From an uncultured Candidatus Saccharibacteria bacterium (GTDB lineage: Bacteria; Patescibacteriota; Minisyncoccia; RBG-13-40-8-A), in contig OZ246412.1 of NCBI GenBank assembly GCA_965231075.1, forward strand, positions 170,019-234,018: a DNA stretch of 64,000 nt. Direction: 5' to 3'. Position numbers and translations under genes: made by a program. Below are positions 1 to 10,508 of the stretch, piece after piece; the first letter of the stretch is position 1; every line of letters begins with the position of its first letter. The notes under the pieces were generated by a model. It was given only the letters and a program-made list of their open reading frames with translations. It was not told the origin of the DNA and did not search any database.

Positions 1-1
1 A

Positions 2-1099
2 AAAGATGCCGCTGAAAAAGCCAAGCACGAACTATCTTCGGCCGTGGAAACGGAAGTAAATATTCCATTTATTACCAGTGGTTCAGACGGACCAAAGCAT
101 TTAAACGTAAAATTTACACGTGCCAAATTAGAAGATTTGGTTGGTGAAAATATTGATAAGGCCATTAAAATTACCAAGCAGGTTGTTGATGATTCAGGAT
201 TTAAGATTTCTGATATTGATGAAGTGGTTTTGGTCGGTGGTCAAACCAGAATGCCATTAATGCAACAAAAAGTTAAAGAATTGTTTAATAAAGAACCACA
301 CAAAGATATTAATCCTGACGAAGTAGTTGCTTTGGGTGCCGCTGTTCAAGGTGGCATATTTCAGGGAGATGTTAAAGACGTTTTGTTGTTAGATGTTACA
401 CCATTATCTTTAGGAATAGAAACATTGGGCGGAGTAATGACCAGATTAGTGGAAAAGAACACAACCATTCCGGCCGCAAAAAGCCAAGTGTTTTCTACTG
501 CCGCCGATAACCAGCCGTCAGTGGAAATTCATGTGCTTCAAGGAGAAAGACCGATGGCCAGCGACAACAAAACTTTGGGTAGATTTATTTTAGATGGTAT
601 TCCGCCAGCACCAAAAGGAATTCCGCAAGTTGAAGTTACTTTTGATTTGGATGCCAATGGCGTGTTGAATGTTTCGGCACTAGACAAGGCCACTAACAAA
701 AAGCAATCGATTAGAATTGAGGCATCATCGGGCTTGTCAAAAGAAGACATTGAAAAGATGAAAAAAGATGCTGAACTTCATGCCGAAGAAGACAAAAAGA
801 AAAAAGAAGTTGTTGATGTTAGGAATGCTGCCGATACTTTAGTTTTTACCACAGAGAGGACAATGAAAGAATTTGGTGGTAAAATAAAAGAAGAGAATAA
901 AAAAGAAATCGAAGAAAAAATTGAAGCACTAAAAAAGATCAAAGACAGCGACGATATTGAGGCAATTAAAAAATCGTCAGAAGAATTATCGCAAGCTATT
1001 CAAAAAGTTGGCTCAGAATTATATAAAGCGCAACAAGATGCGCAAAAGAAAGACGATAAAAATCCCGATATTCAGGAAGGAGAAACAGAGAAAAAATAA
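2..1099 (+). CDS. dnaK: Molecular chaperone DnaK (Hsp70), C-terminal ~365 aa; the 5-prime end lies upstream of the window
   Basis: The translation shows Hsp70 ATPase subdomain IIB, the substrate-binding domain ([29 protein letters not shown]-like [13 protein letters not shown]) and a lid rich in EEDKKKKE. The reading frame is open from base 2. Confidence 0.95.
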   Translation, partial: KDAAEKAKHELSSAVETEVNIPFITSGSDGPKHLNVKFTRAKLEDLVGENIDKAIKITKQVVDDSGFKISDIDEVVLVGGQTRMPLMQQKVKELFNKEPHKDINPDEVVALGAAVQGGIFQGDVKDVLLLDVTPLSLGIETLGGVMTRLVEKNTTIPAAKSQVFSTAADNQPSVEIHVLQGERPMASDNKTLGRFILDGIPPAPKGIPQVEVTFDLDANGVLNVSALDKATNKKQSIRIEASSGLSKEDIEKMKKDAELHAEEDKKKKEVVDVRNAADTLVFTTERTMKEFGGKIKEENKKEIEEKIEALKKIKDSDDIEAIKKSSEELSQAIQKVGSELYKAQQDAQKKDDKNPDIQEGETEKK

Positions 1100-1115
1100 A
1101 CATTAATAATAATTT

Positions 1116-1988
1116 ATGCAAACAAAACAAAAAGAATTGGTTTTGACCAGTGTTTTAATTTTGTTATCTTTTTTTAGTTGGTGGATATTAAGATCAGTGT
1201 TTTATGTCAATAATTATTTTATCAGTCATTGGGTGTTGGTAATCGGAGTGTTTGTCTTGTTTGGCATTGCCAATTGTTTGGCAATGCTTTTGGTTAAAGA
1301 TAAAAAAATTCTTTTAAGTGGATTTGCCATCAGTTTATTATTGTTTTTTATTTTCTTTAACGCCGAACCATTATATTATGTAATTGTTTTAGGATTATTA
1401 TTTTTAGCATTTATGTCCGCCTCTAGAAAGATCAAAAAAGAAGAAGAGGTGCAAGTCGATCTAGATTTTTTTCGAATTTTCAAGAGAGGATTGCCGGTGT
1501 TTATGACTGCGTTGATTCTGGTCATCTCAATAGTATATTATTTTTCGCCAGAATTAACCAAAAAAAGTACAACCAAGATCAATATTCCCGAAAAAACCAT
1601 AAACACAATACTAAGACCACTAGAAGGACTAATTGAAGAAAAACTTCCACTAGGAATTAATCTAGACTCTGATGCCGATGACATTCTCCAAGTGTCCCAA
1701 AAACAGGAACTAGAAAACAAATTTGGAATTAGGGTAGATCAAAATGACACCGGGAGAATGGTTTTATACAAGATTATCGATTATCAATTAAACAACATGA
1801 CTGGTGCTTATCAGTATTTGGTTCCTCTTGGCTTGGCAGTGGGTTTGTTTATCACTTTAAAAATTGCCAGTATATTGTATGTTGGGATAGTTATAATGTT
1901 AAGTTGGGGGGCAATTAAATTATTAACGAGGTTGAATTTTGTTAAATTTGAAAAAGTTCAAAAACAAGTAGAGACAGTTACGCTATAG
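1116..1988 (+). CDS. Hypothetical polytopic membrane protein (290 aa)
   Basis: Several hydrophobic helices and no recognisable catalytic motif. It sits between dnaK and dnaJ, where grpE is often found, but it does not look like GrpE. Confidence 0.5.
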   Translation: MQTKQKELVLTSVLILLSFFSWWILRSVFYVNNYFISHWVLVIGVFVLFGIANCLAMLLVKDKKILLSGFAISLLLFFIFFNAEPLYYVIVLGLLFLAFMSASRKIKKEEEVQVDLDFFRIFKRGLPVFMTALILVISIVYYFSPELTKKSTTKINIPEKTINTILRPLEGLIEEKLPLGINLDSDADDILQVSQKQELENKFGIRVDQNDTGRMVLYKIIDYQLNNMTGAYQYLVPLGLAVGLFITLKIASILYVGIVIMLSWGAIKLLTRLNFVKFEKVQKQVETVTL

Positions 1989-1991
1989 TTT

Positions 1992-3113
1992 ATGTCAAAA
2001 GATTACTACAAAACACTAGGCGTAGATAAAAATGCCTCAAAAGACGAGATAAAGCAAGCGTTTAGAAAGCTTGCCCATCAACATCATCCTGATAAGGGTG
2101 GAGACGAAAAGAAATTCAAAGAAATTAATGAGGCCTACTCAATTTTATCTAACGATGAAAAGCGTCAACAGTATGATCGCTTTGGTTCGGATTTTGCTGG
2201 TTTTGGTGGTGGTCAAGGTGGGGGGATGAGTTGGGAAGATATTTTTAGAAATTATCAATCACAGGGTCAAAATGTAGAATTCGACTTGGGTGATATTTTT
2301 GGCGGAGGCGGTGGTGGATTCTCGGACATTTTTAGTCAATTCTTTGGCGGAGGCCAATCGAGTGGCGGGCGTAGAGCCAGAAAAGAGAAGGGTAAGGACA
2401 TTGTTGTTGACTTAGAAATTAATTTAGAGGAGGCGTTTGCTGGAATTTCTAAAGAAATTAATTTAAAAAAATACAATGTTTGCAAACATTGTAAGGGCAC
2501 GGGTGGCGAACTGGGGAGTGGAAAGAAAAAGTGCGCAGAATGTGATGGCCATGGTCAAATTCAACAAACCAGAAGAACAATGTTTGGGACTTTTTCTCAA
2601 GTGATTACCTGTCCGAAATGTTTGGGAGAAGGAGAGCTTAACGAAAAAGAATGTAAAGAATGTAAGGGATCGGGAAGGACTCACGAAATTGAAAATATTA
2701 AAATTGATTTACCGGCTGGTGTAGATAACGAACAAACCATAAAAATTCCCGGAAAAGGAGAAGCGGCTAAAAAAGGTGGGATCTCTGGAGATTTATATGT
2801 GCGTGTGCATTTAGAACCCCACGAATATTTTCAGCGAAAGCACGACGACATTTATTCAGACGCAGAAATAAAGTATAGTCAGGCAATTTTAGGAGATAAA
2901 ATTAATATTTTAACACTAGAAGGGGATTTACAATTAAAAATTCCCGCCGGAACCGAAGCCGGGAAAATGTTTCGTTTGTCGGGCAAAGGAATGCCACGTC
3001 TCAATGCTTATGGTCGTGGAGATCAGTACGTAAAAATCCACATTAAAGTTCCGCACAAATTATCACGAAAACAAGAGGAATTAATTGAAGAATTAAAAAA
3101 GGAGGGATTATGA
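1992..3113 (+). CDS. dnaJ: Chaperone DnaJ
   Basis: J-domain with HPD (YYKTLGV...HHPDKGG), a G/F-rich linker, and four CxxCxGxG zinc-finger repeats ([32 protein letters not shown]). Confidence 0.95.
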   Translation: MSKDYYKTLGVDKNASKDEIKQAFRKLAHQHHPDKGGDEKKFKEINEAYSILSNDEKRQQYDRFGSDFAGFGGGQGGGMSWEDIFRNYQSQGQNVEFDLGDIFGGGGGGFSDIFSQFFGGGQSSGGRRARKEKGKDIVVDLEINLEEAFAGISKEINLKKYNVCKHCKGTGGELGSGKKKCAECDGHGQIQQTRRTMFGTFSQVITCPKCLGEGELNEKECKECKGSGRTHEIENIKIDLPAGVDNEQTIKIPGKGEAAKKGGISGDLYVRVHLEPHEYFQRKHDDIYSDAEIKYSQAILGDKINILTLEGDLQLKIPAGTEAGKMFRLSGKGMPRLNAYGRGDQYVKIHIKVPHKLSRKQEELIEELKKEGL

Positions 3114-3616
3114 CACAATTGGCGAGTGTTAGTTTGAATATTACGAGTTGGGAGGTGATTGTTTTTTTGTTTTTATTCGCGGGGGGAGTTTTGTTAGGAT
3201 TAATGCTTGGTAAAGACAAGCTTTTTTTAATGTTGATAGGTGGTTATATTTCATCAATAATCTCGATATTAAGCATCCCTCAATTTAAAAAAATAATTCC
3301 CGGTTTTTTTAGAGTAGAAGAAAATTTTGTAGTGGTGATTGTTTTGTTTGTATTAATAATTGGCATTGTTTATCTTTTATTTTCAAAATCAATATTAAGG
3401 GGCAAGAAAAAAACAAGTCGGGGAATTTTTCAAACGTTTTTTTATGGAATATTTTTAGTGGGAATTGTAGTGAGTATGATTTTTTCTTTTTTGCCCGTTG
3501 ATTTAATTTCTCAATTTAGTGGTTTGCCATTAGAAATTTTTAACACAAATCTTGCACGCATAATCTGGTTCGTTATACCGTTGATTTTTGTTGGAATTTT
3601 TAAGAGTAAAAAATAA
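3110..3616 (+). CDS. Hypothetical small membrane protein (168 aa)
   Basis: 4-5 predicted TM helices. Its start overlaps the dnaJ stop (ATGA overlap). Confidence 0.45.
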   Translation: MTQLASVSLNITSWEVIVFLFLFAGGVLLGLMLGKDKLFLMLIGGYISSIISILSIPQFKKIIPGFFRVEENFVVVIVLFVLIIGIVYLLFSKSILRGKKKTSRGIFQTFFYGIFLVGIVVSMIFSFLPVDLISQFSGLPLEIFNTNLARIIWFVIPLIFVGIFKSKK

Positions 3617-3618
3617 TC

Positions 3619-4599
3619 ATGAAAAAGGCAATTGTTGCAATGAGTGGTGGGGTGGATAGTTCTGTTGTCGCTGCCTTACTAAAGAACCAAGGATATGATG
3701 TCGTTGGTATTTTTATGCGTATGCATAAAAATAGTGACCCCAAAGACGCCAGAATTGTTGCTTCGAAATTAAAAATTCCATTTTATGTTTTAGATGTACA
3801 AAAAGAATTCAAGAAAAAAGTTGTCGATTATTTTGTAAACGAATACGAAAATGGTAATACACCCAATCCATGTGTAGTTTGTAATAAAAATATTAAATTT
3901 AAGTTTTTAATCGATAAGGCAATAGAGCTTGGCGCAGATTATGTGGCCACTGGTCATTATGTTCGCATCCAAAACAACAAACTACTCATTGCTAAAAACA
4001 CAAAAAAAGATCAAAGTTATTTTCTTTGGCAATTAAATCAAAAACAATTAAATAAAGTTTTATTCCCACTGGGCGATTATACCAAAGAACAAGTTAGAGA
4101 AATGGCCAAAAAATTTAAATTGCCAGTTTATAAAAAACCCGATAGTCAGGAGATTTGTTTTGTGAACGATTTGAATAATTTTTTAGCACAAAACATTAAA
4201 ACAAAAACGGGAGACATTATTACTATAAGTGGTAAAAAAGTAGGTGAGCACAAAGGACTAATTTTTTATACCATTGGGCAACGCAAAGGGATAGAGATTG
4301 GCGGGATCGGCCCATTCTATGTTATAAAAAAAGATTTTAGGAAAAATATCTTAATTGTTTCCGGCAATGAAAAAGATTTAATGCAAAAAGAGTTAATCGT
4401 AAAAAACTCAAATTTTTTATCAGGCAAGCCGTATAATGGAAAATGTAAAGTAAAAATCCGTTCTACGGCAAAAGCACAAGATGCAACCATCAAAGGAAAT
4501 AAGGTTATTTTTGATCAACCACAACGTGCAATTACCTCCGGACAAAGTGCGGTATTTTATCTAAAAGATGAATTAATCGGTGGAGGAATTATTAAATAA
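3619..4599 (+). CDS. mnmA: tRNA-specific 2-thiouridylase MnmA
   Basis: N-terminal PP-loop SGGVDSS, catalytic Cys regions (NPCVVCN, EICF) and the MnmA family pattern. Confidence 0.9.
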   Translation: MKKAIVAMSGGVDSSVVAALLKNQGYDVVGIFMRMHKNSDPKDARIVASKLKIPFYVLDVQKEFKKKVVDYFVNEYENGNTPNPCVVCNKNIKFKFLIDKAIELGADYVATGHYVRIQNNKLLIAKNTKKDQSYFLWQLNQKQLNKVLFPLGDYTKEQVREMAKKFKLPVYKKPDSQEICFVNDLNNFLAQNIKTKTGDIITISGKKVGEHKGLIFYTIGQRKGIEIGGIGPFYVIKKDFRKNILIVSGNEKDLMQKELIVKNSNFLSGKPYNGKCKVKIRSTAKAQDATIKGNKVIFDQPQRAITSGQSAVFYLKDELIGGGIIK

Positions 4600-4623
4600 A
4601 AAAAAGAGGCGCCCGTGCGCCTC
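4597..4623 (-). terminator. Rho-independent terminator (GAGGCGC-CCGT-GCGCCTC hairpin) for the minus-strand gene 4626..5006. On the plus strand it also sits at the mnmA 3-prime end.
   Basis: GC-rich 7-bp stem at 4606-4623. The A-run at 4597-4605 on plus becomes a U-run after the hairpin on the minus strand. Confidence 0.7.
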
Positions 4624-4625
4624 GG

Positions 4626-5006
4626 TCAATACTTGTCCCAAATCACCAGTCTTATGAAAAATATGGCTATTGCAATACACACAACTTGCAGCGCTCCGGC
4701 CAGAAGATCCATTCCGCTCAACAAAGACTTGAAAGTTATTTTGGTTTGATCGATCAAATGCCAGAAGATATCAAACCAAATTACAAAACAAAAGATCAAG
4801 AAAATTATGATTGATTGAATTACTTTTGTGGTCGTAATTGAAATTTTCTTGATGCCATATTTTTCGAGTAAGAGCACAAAAAATATGGAAACCCATATCA
4901 ATCCAAACGAAAATAAATCAATGCTTTGTTTGGGTTCGGGATTTAGGTTGTGGTTTGTCTGAAAAAAGACCAATAAAGAACACAACGAAAAAAATATTTT
5001 TTTCAC
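4626..5006 (-). CDS. Hypothetical small membrane protein (126 aa)
   Basis: 3 TM helices and no recognisable motifs. Confidence 0.45.
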   Translation of the reverse strand: MKKIFFSLCSLLVFFQTNHNLNPEPKQSIDLFSFGLIWVSIFFVLLLEKYGIKKISITTTKVIQSIIIFLIFCFVIWFDIFWHLIDQTKITFKSLLSGMDLLAGALQVVCIAIAIFFIRLVIWDKY

Positions 5007-5070
5007 AACATCCTCCTTTTTAGAATATCTACAATTTACCTTGAAACTAAAGATTGGTCAAGAAAATTAA

Positions 5071-5099
5071 TTGATAATTCTTTTTATCTAGCCTATAAT
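5071..5099 (+). promoter_or_regulatory. Sigma70-like promoter TTGATA-17-TATAAT. The alaS ATG starts 7 nt after the -10, which implies a leaderless mRNA.
   Basis: TTGATA at 5071-5076, a 17-nt spacer, TATAAT at 5094-5099, ATG at 5106. There is no room for a Shine-Dalgarno sequence. Confidence 0.6.
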
Positions 5100-5105
5100 T
5101 AGATT

Positions 5106-6776
5106 ATGACAACCAGAGAGTTGAAAGAAAAATATTTGAAATTTTTCGAGGAGAGGGGACATAAAATTATTCCTTCGGCTTCTTTGATTCCGGAAAACGA
5201 TCCGGGAGCCCTATTTATTTCCGCTGGCATGCATCCATTGGTGCCATATTTGTTGGGCGAAAAACATCCTATGGGTGATAAATTAGTTAATGTGCAAAAA
5301 TGCATAAGAACAGGAGACATCGATGATGTTGGCGATGATTGGCATTTAACGTTTTTTGAAATGTTGGGGAATTGGGGGCTTGGTAGTTATTGGAAAGAAG
5401 AATCAATTAAGATGAGTTTCGATTTTTTAACCAAAGAATTAAATTTACCAATTGAAAAGCTGTCGGTTACCTGTTTTCAGGGTGACGACAATGCCTCAAA
5501 AGATGAAATTTCGGCAAAAACCTGGGAATTGTTAGGAATTCCCAAAGATAAAATTAAATTTTTAGGAAAAGAAGACAATTGGTGGGGGCAATCAGCTGGT
5601 GGGCCTTGCGGTCCAGACACAGAGATTTTTTATGAAGGAGTGGAAATCTGGAATAATGTTTTTATGGAGTTTAATAAAACTGCCGACGGAAAACTCGAGT
5701 CACTTAAACAAAAAAATGTTGATACGGGGATGGGATTAGAAAGAACCACGGCAATTTTAAATAATGCAAAAAGCGTTTATGACATTGAACCGTTGAAGTC
5801 AATTATTGAAGCAATTAAAAAAATAGCGATTAATTACGACGAACGCTCGGCACGAATCATCGCTGATCATTTACGTGCGAGCGTTTTTATAGTTTCGGAT
5901 GGCATTATCCCGTCAAACGTTGAGCAGGGTTATGTTGTGCGACGTTTAATTAGAAGAGCGGTTAGATACGGAAAGAAAATTGGAATTAAAGATGTTTTTG
6001 TAAATGAAATCGGAAAACTGATAATTGAATTAATGGGCGATGAATGGCCAGAATTAAAGAAGAATGAAAAATTTATTTCGGAACAATTAAATCAAGAAGA
6101 AGAAAAATTTCTAAAAACCCTTAATAGGGGATTGAAAGAGTTTGAAAAAGGAACAGATCCATTTATTTTGTTTACCACCTACGGATTTCCTATTGAGATT
6201 ACCGAAGAGTTAGCTAAAGAAAAAGGAATAAAAATCGATAAAGAAAAATTTCAAAAAGAATTTCAACAACACCAAGAACTTTCCCGCACAGCAACTGCCG
6301 GAAAATTTAAATCAGGACTAGCAGATAATTCGGAGCAGGTTGTGAAATATCACACCGCCACACACTTATTATTGGCAGCGCTCCGAAAAATTTTAGGAGA
6401 TCATGTTTTTCAGAAGGGTTCTAATATTACTGCCGAAAGGTTACGTTTAGATTTTTCACATTCAGAAAAAATGACCGCGGATCAATTGAAACAGGCTGAA
6501 GATGCGGTTAACGAAGTAATTAAAAATAATTTGCCGGTCAATTGCGTAGAAGTGTCGTTGGAGAAAGCCAAAGAAATTGGCGCAATGGGAGTTTTCGAAT
6601 CGAAATACGGAGACAGAGTTAAGGTTTATTCCGTGGGAACCCCCGATTGTCCATATTCTTGCGAGATTTGTTCTGGCCCACACGTGCAAAAAACAAGTGA
6701 CTTGGGACATTTTAAAATTTTAAAAGAAGAAGCGTCTTCTTCCGGCGTTCGTCGCATTAAAGCAATTTTAAAATAA
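5106..6776 (+). CDS. alaS: Alanine--tRNA ligase, minimal form (556 aa). It has the aminoacylation domain and the editing domain but no C-Ala domain.
   Basis: N-terminus FFEERGHKIIPSASLIPENDPGALFISAGMHP, plus WHLTFFEMLGNW, GPCGPDTEIF, DTGMGLERT. Editing-site metal motifs HTATHLL and CSGPHV. It ends ~30 aa after the editing core. Confidence 0.85.
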   Translation: MTTRELKEKYLKFFEERGHKIIPSASLIPENDPGALFISAGMHPLVPYLLGEKHPMGDKLVNVQKCIRTGDIDDVGDDWHLTFFEMLGNWGLGSYWKEESIKMSFDFLTKELNLPIEKLSVTCFQGDDNASKDEISAKTWELLGIPKDKIKFLGKEDNWWGQSAGGPCGPDTEIFYEGVEIWNNVFMEFNKTADGKLESLKQKNVDTGMGLERTTAILNNAKSVYDIEPLKSIIEAIKKIAINYDERSARIIADHLRASVFIVSDGIIPSNVEQGYVVRRLIRRAVRYGKKIGIKDVFVNEIGKLIIELMGDEWPELKKNEKFISEQLNQEEEKFLKTLNRGLKEFEKGTDPFILFTTYGFPIEITEELAKEKGIKIDKEKFQKEFQQHQELSRTATAGKFKSGLADNSEQVVKYHTATHLLLAALRKILGDHVFQKGSNITAERLRLDFSHSEKMTADQLKQAEDAVNEVIKNNLPVNCVEVSLEKAKEIGAMGVFESKYGDRVKVYSVGTPDCPYSCEICSGPHVQKTSDLGHFKILKEEASSSGVRRIKAILK

Positions 6777-6799
6777 AAACATTTTATGATATAATATAG

Positions 6800-7897
6800 T
6801 TGATGAGAAATGTTATTGTTTTAGATATTGGAACACAATATGTGAAAGCCAAACTTTCAGATGTGTTCGTGAGAGAAAATTGCTCGGAGGACATTTTTTC
6901 ATCTTGCAAGAAAGCAGTTAAAAAAATTTTAAAAGAATCAAAAATAAAATCAGAAGATATTCTTTTGGGTGTCAATAATAACATTTTAAAAGGTAAAACC
7001 ACGACCCTTTGTTTGAAGAGAGAAAACTCACACAACAAAATTGATACAGCAGAATTAAAGTATTTAATCCAGAAACTAGAATGGAAGGCGCTAGACAACA
7101 TCCGCAAGGAATTTAGAGACGAGACAGAGTGTAAAGACACAGAAATTAAAATTATTGATGCATTCATTACGGACATTAAAATTGACAATAAGACAGTTGA
7201 AGATCCAATCGGTGAGCCAGGACAAAATATTTGTTTGAGTGTTTATAATATATACGCACCCATGCAAGTATTAGAAGGTTTGGAAAAATTAGTTGACGAC
7301 TTAAAAATGAATTTATTAGGTATTATTCCTAACGCTTATGCACTATATCGTTATTTAAGTTCAGATAAATTACAAAAAAGTGGAGCATTGATTATTGATA
7401 TCGGGGGAAAGTTAACAGAAATTACGTTAATCAAAAGTAACGGCGAAATAATTGATACGAAAAATTTTCACCTGGGAGGGCAAATTGTTAGTCAGGCCTT
7501 GGCCAACTTTCTTAATTTAAAATCAGAAGACATCGAAGACATTAAGGCGCAATACAGAAACGGAATCAGCACCGAAACCAAAAAGAAAATGGACAAGTTA
7601 TTTATACCTAGTACGTCTTTTTGGTTTAAGGGATTCAAAATTATCCTGAAAGATTTTTCAGAAAAATACGATTCTTTGCCGAATAAAATTTTCTTGTGTG
7701 GCGGTGGATCAAAAATGCCATTTATCGAATCCAATCTCAAAAAAGAAAAAAGTTTAAAAATTTTAAATATTGAAGAATCGGATGATAACAAAAACTTATC
7801 CTGTATCGCACTGGATCAATTAAGTTCTAATTTATTGGAAGAGAAAAATATATTTTCTCCAATTTTAAAAAGAGTAATAAAATTAATTCAAACTTAA
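6800..7897 (+). CDS. ftsA: Actin-fold ATPase, FtsA-like (possibly PilM-like), 365 aa
   Basis: VLDIGTQYVKAKL phosphate-1 motif, ALIIDIGGKLTEITLI phosphate-2/adenosine region and IFLCGGGSKMP, all typical of the FtsA/PilM family. There is no ftsZ downstream. Confidence 0.6.
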   Translation: MMRNVIVLDIGTQYVKAKLSDVFVRENCSEDIFSSCKKAVKKILKESKIKSEDILLGVNNNILKGKTTTLCLKRENSHNKIDTAELKYLIQKLEWKALDNIRKEFRDETECKDTEIKIIDAFITDIKIDNKTVEDPIGEPGQNICLSVYNIYAPMQVLEGLEKLVDDLKMNLLGIIPNAYALYRYLSSDKLQKSGALIIDIGGKLTEITLIKSNGEIIDTKNFHLGGQIVSQALANFLNLKSEDIEDIKAQYRNGISTETKKKMDKLFIPSTSFWFKGFKIILKDFSEKYDSLPNKIFLCGGGSKMPFIESNLKKEKSLKILNIEESDDNKNLSCIALDQLSSNLLEEKNIFSPILKRVIKLIQT

Positions 7898-7902
7898 TAA
7901 AT

Positions 7903-9609
7903 ATGGAAAGGTTTTACTTAAAACCAAACGAAGAATTTTTTTCAATAATCGATAACATCAAATTAAGCAAAGATCTTAATTTTGTTTTAATTATTCCATC
8001 GGGAACAATGGCACTAAGGAGTATTATTAATTTAAGAATTCTTAAAGAAGAATCGGTGTTTTTGGGAAAGAAAGTTTATATTTCTACCTCCGATGGACTC
8101 ATCAAGAAACTGGCGATGCAAGCAGGAATTGATATTCTTGATATACAAGACGCTGGACAACCACAGCCCAAAAAGACAGACAAGATCATGGGTAGAATAG
8201 TAGATCTGAGAACTATGGCCGACGTGGTTAATTCTAATAAGGCCGAAAATGTAGTTGAAGAGACCAAAGAAATCAAAGAAACCCAAACCAAGCCAGACAA
8301 CGACTTAATAACAGAGCCGAAATTACAATTTGAACCATCAACGGAAACACAACCAGAAAACGACTTTTTTTATAAAGAAAGGTTTTCCGATGAAAAGATA
8401 TTTGCCGAACCACTTCCAGACAAAACCCTCAAAATAAAAAAGATAAGAAAAATAAAAATTTCTCCGAAGAAAACATTAATTGGTCTTGGCACGATGATTG
8501 TTTTGTTGGGATTAGCATATGTGGTTTATTTCATTTTACCCCACGCTCAAATTACAATTAATCCTCGAAAAGAAAGTGTAAAATTCGAGACGGACATAAT
8601 AGTAAATAAAAACATTGATACCATAGACGTTGATCAGGCAATGGTTCCTGGACAACTTTTTGAGGTAGAGAAAATTGAAAGTCGAGAATTTCCCAGTACA
8701 GGCGAACGAGATGTTTTAGAAAAAGCCAAGGGAAAGATTGTAGTTTATAATCAATACAGCTCCAGTCCCCAAACCTTAGTTAAAACAACTCGATTAAAAT
8801 CGACCGATGGCAAAATTTTTAGATTAACGGCTACAGTTACAATTCCTGGAGCGATTATAGATGAAGGGAAAATTGTTGCCAGTAGCAAAGAAGTAGACGT
8901 TGAAGCCGATGAAGCGGGTGCAGATTTCAACATTGGTCCGACTGATTTTAGAATTCCGGGCTTTGAAGGAACGCCAAAATATAATGCGTTTTATGGTAAA
9001 TCTACTCAGCCAATGACCGGGGGGGCAAAGGGCAAAATGAAGGTTGCAACCCAAGACGACATCACTGGAGCAATAAACATTGTTGCTGTTGGACTTAAAG
9101 ACACAGCGTCAAAAGAATTCCAAGGAATCATTCCTAATGATTTAAAATTATTAACTGATAGTCAATCTCTGGAAATTATGGAATCGTCTTCAACGGTTAA
9201 GGCAAATATGCCGGGAGATAAATTTACGGTTACGGTTAAGGTAAGGGCCGTTGGTCTAGCATTTAAAGAGCAGGATATTTTAAATCTTTTAGAAAAAAAT
9301 GTTGCTGATAAAATTTCCGAGAACAGAACTATGCTTTTTTCAACAATTAAAATTAACTATAAGACATCTAAATTTGATTCTCAAAAAGGAACTTCAAGCT
9401 TGAACTGTAATATTGAAGCCGATTCAGTTTGGAATTTTGACGCCAATCAGATTAAAAAAGACCTAATAGGGAAAACAGAAGAAGAGGCGAAAACATATCT
9501 TGGCACTCTTGCAGAAATTGAAACAGCCAAACTTGTATTATGGCCATTTTGGGTGAAACAGGTTCCCAGCAAAGAAAACAGGATTAAAGTATTAATTAAA
9601 ATAAATTAA
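7903..9609 (+). CDS. Hypothetical protein (568 aa) with one central TM helix (aa ~195-215). Likely co-transcribed partner of the FtsA-like ATPase.
   Basis: Starts 6 nt after the ftsA-like stop. Single hydrophobic segment TLIGLGTMIVLLGLAYVVYFIL. No known motifs. Confidence 0.45.
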   Translation: MERFYLKPNEEFFSIIDNIKLSKDLNFVLIIPSGTMALRSIINLRILKEESVFLGKKVYISTSDGLIKKLAMQAGIDILDIQDAGQPQPKKTDKIMGRIVDLRTMADVVNSNKAENVVEETKEIKETQTKPDNDLITEPKLQFEPSTETQPENDFFYKERFSDEKIFAEPLPDKTLKIKKIRKIKISPKKTLIGLGTMIVLLGLAYVVYFILPHAQITINPRKESVKFETDIIVNKNIDTIDVDQAMVPGQLFEVEKIESREFPSTGERDVLEKAKGKIVVYNQYSSSPQTLVKTTRLKSTDGKIFRLTATVTIPGAIIDEGKIVASSKEVDVEADEAGADFNIGPTDFRIPGFEGTPKYNAFYGKSTQPMTGGAKGKMKVATQDDITGAINIVAVGLKDTASKEFQGIIPNDLKLLTDSQSLEIMESSSTVKANMPGDKFTVTVKVRAVGLAFKEQDILNLLEKNVADKISENRTMLFSTIKINYKTSKFDSQKGTSSLNCNIEADSVWNFDANQIKKDLIGKTEEEAKTYLGTLAEIETAKLVLWPFWVKQVPSKENRIKVLIKIN

Positions 9610-9632
9610 AATAGACAAATATTAGTAAAGGG

Positions 9633-9661
9633 TTGACACACAAATATATTTTGTATATACT
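9633..9661 (+). promoter_or_regulatory. Consensus sigma70 promoter (TTGACA-17-TATACT) for the infA-rpmJ-rpsM-rpsK-rpsD-rpoA-rplQ-rplM-rpsI operon
   Basis: TTGACA at 9633-9638, a 17-nt spacer, TATACT at 9656-9661, 17 nt upstream of the infA ATG. Confidence 0.7.
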
Positions 9662-9678
9662 CAAAATACTCAAAGAAA

Positions 9679-9894
9679 ATGAAACAAGAAGGAACAAAGA
9701 AAGACGGAATTATTATAGAAGGATTGCCAAATGCAAACTTTAGAGTTAAGCTTGATGATGGATCAGAGGTTTTGGCACATGTTTCCGGTAAAATGAGAAT
9801 TCATTTTATTAAGATTTTGGCCGGAGATAGGGTAAAGATTGAACTGAGTCCTTATGACAGCACAAGAGGAAGAATCGTATATCGCGAAAAATAA
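9679..9894 (+). CDS. infA: Translation initiation factor IF-1
   Basis: 71 aa S1-like fold with [14 protein letters not shown]...[10 protein letters not shown]...[12 protein letters not shown]. Confidence 0.95.
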   Translation: MKQEGTKKDGIIIEGLPNANFRVKLDDGSEVLAHVSGKMRIHFIKILAGDRVKIELSPYDSTRGRIVYREK

Positions 9895-9963
9895 ATTAGC
9901 AAAGCTAATCTTATAGCGAATATAAATCTCTTGCAAAGATTGGTTTTTTATTAATAGAAGAGT

Positions 9964-10077
9964 ATGAAAGTTAGAACATCAGTCAAAAAGATATGTAGTA
10001 AATGTAAAATTGTAAGACGTAATCGTCGAGTTTACGTTATTTGTTCTAATCCTAAACACAAACAAAGACAAGGATAA
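9964..10077 (+). CDS. rpmJ: 50S ribosomal protein L36 (37 aa). It is absent from the supplied ORF track because it is below the length cutoff.
   Basis: [37 protein letters not shown] with the C-x2-C...C-x4-H zinc ribbon. It is in the canonical position between infA and rpsM. Confidence 0.9.
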   Translation: MKVRTSVKKICSKCKIVRRNRRVYVICSNPKHKQRQG

Positions 10078-10085
10078 TTTTAATT

Positions 10086-10481
10086 ATGCTAAGAATTGCC
10101 GGGATTATCGTCCCAGACAACAAGAGAATAGAAGTTGCTTTAACTTATATCTACGGAATAGGTCCGGTTTTGAGTAAAGAAATTTTAACTAAAGCAGGGA
10201 TAAATTTTGACACTAGAACAAAAGATTTAAATGAAAATCAGGCCACAAAATTAAGAGAAATTATTGAGGGCAGTGGCAAATATAAAATCGAAGGAGATTT
10301 GCGCAGAGAAAAAATGATGAACATAAAGCGTTTAAAAGAAATTAGTTGTTACCGTGGTCTCCGACATATCAAAGGATTGCCAGTAAGAGGACAAAACACC
10401 AAAACCAACAATCGAACAGTGAGGGGAAACAAAAGACAAACCATGGGAAGCGGCAGAAAGAAATCTGCAGAAAAAACATAA
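10086..10481 (+). CDS. rpsM: 30S ribosomal protein S13
   Basis: [26 protein letters not shown]...[19 protein letters not shown]. Confidence 0.95.
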   Translation: MLRIAGIIVPDNKRIEVALTYIYGIGPVLSKEILTKAGINFDTRTKDLNENQATKLREIIEGSGKYKIEGDLRREKMMNIKRLKEISCYRGLRHIKGLPVRGQNTKTNNRTVRGNKRQTMGSGRKKSAEKT

Positions 10482-10508
10482 AATTTTCCGCTAAAGCGGG
10501 ACAAGTAT

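Noticed and set aside
538-2684. Antisense ORFs inside dnaK, the membrane protein and dnaJ (track entries 538-750, 1538-1720, 2463-2684)
   Set aside because: They are embedded antisense to well-supported genes, and nothing in the sequence supports them.
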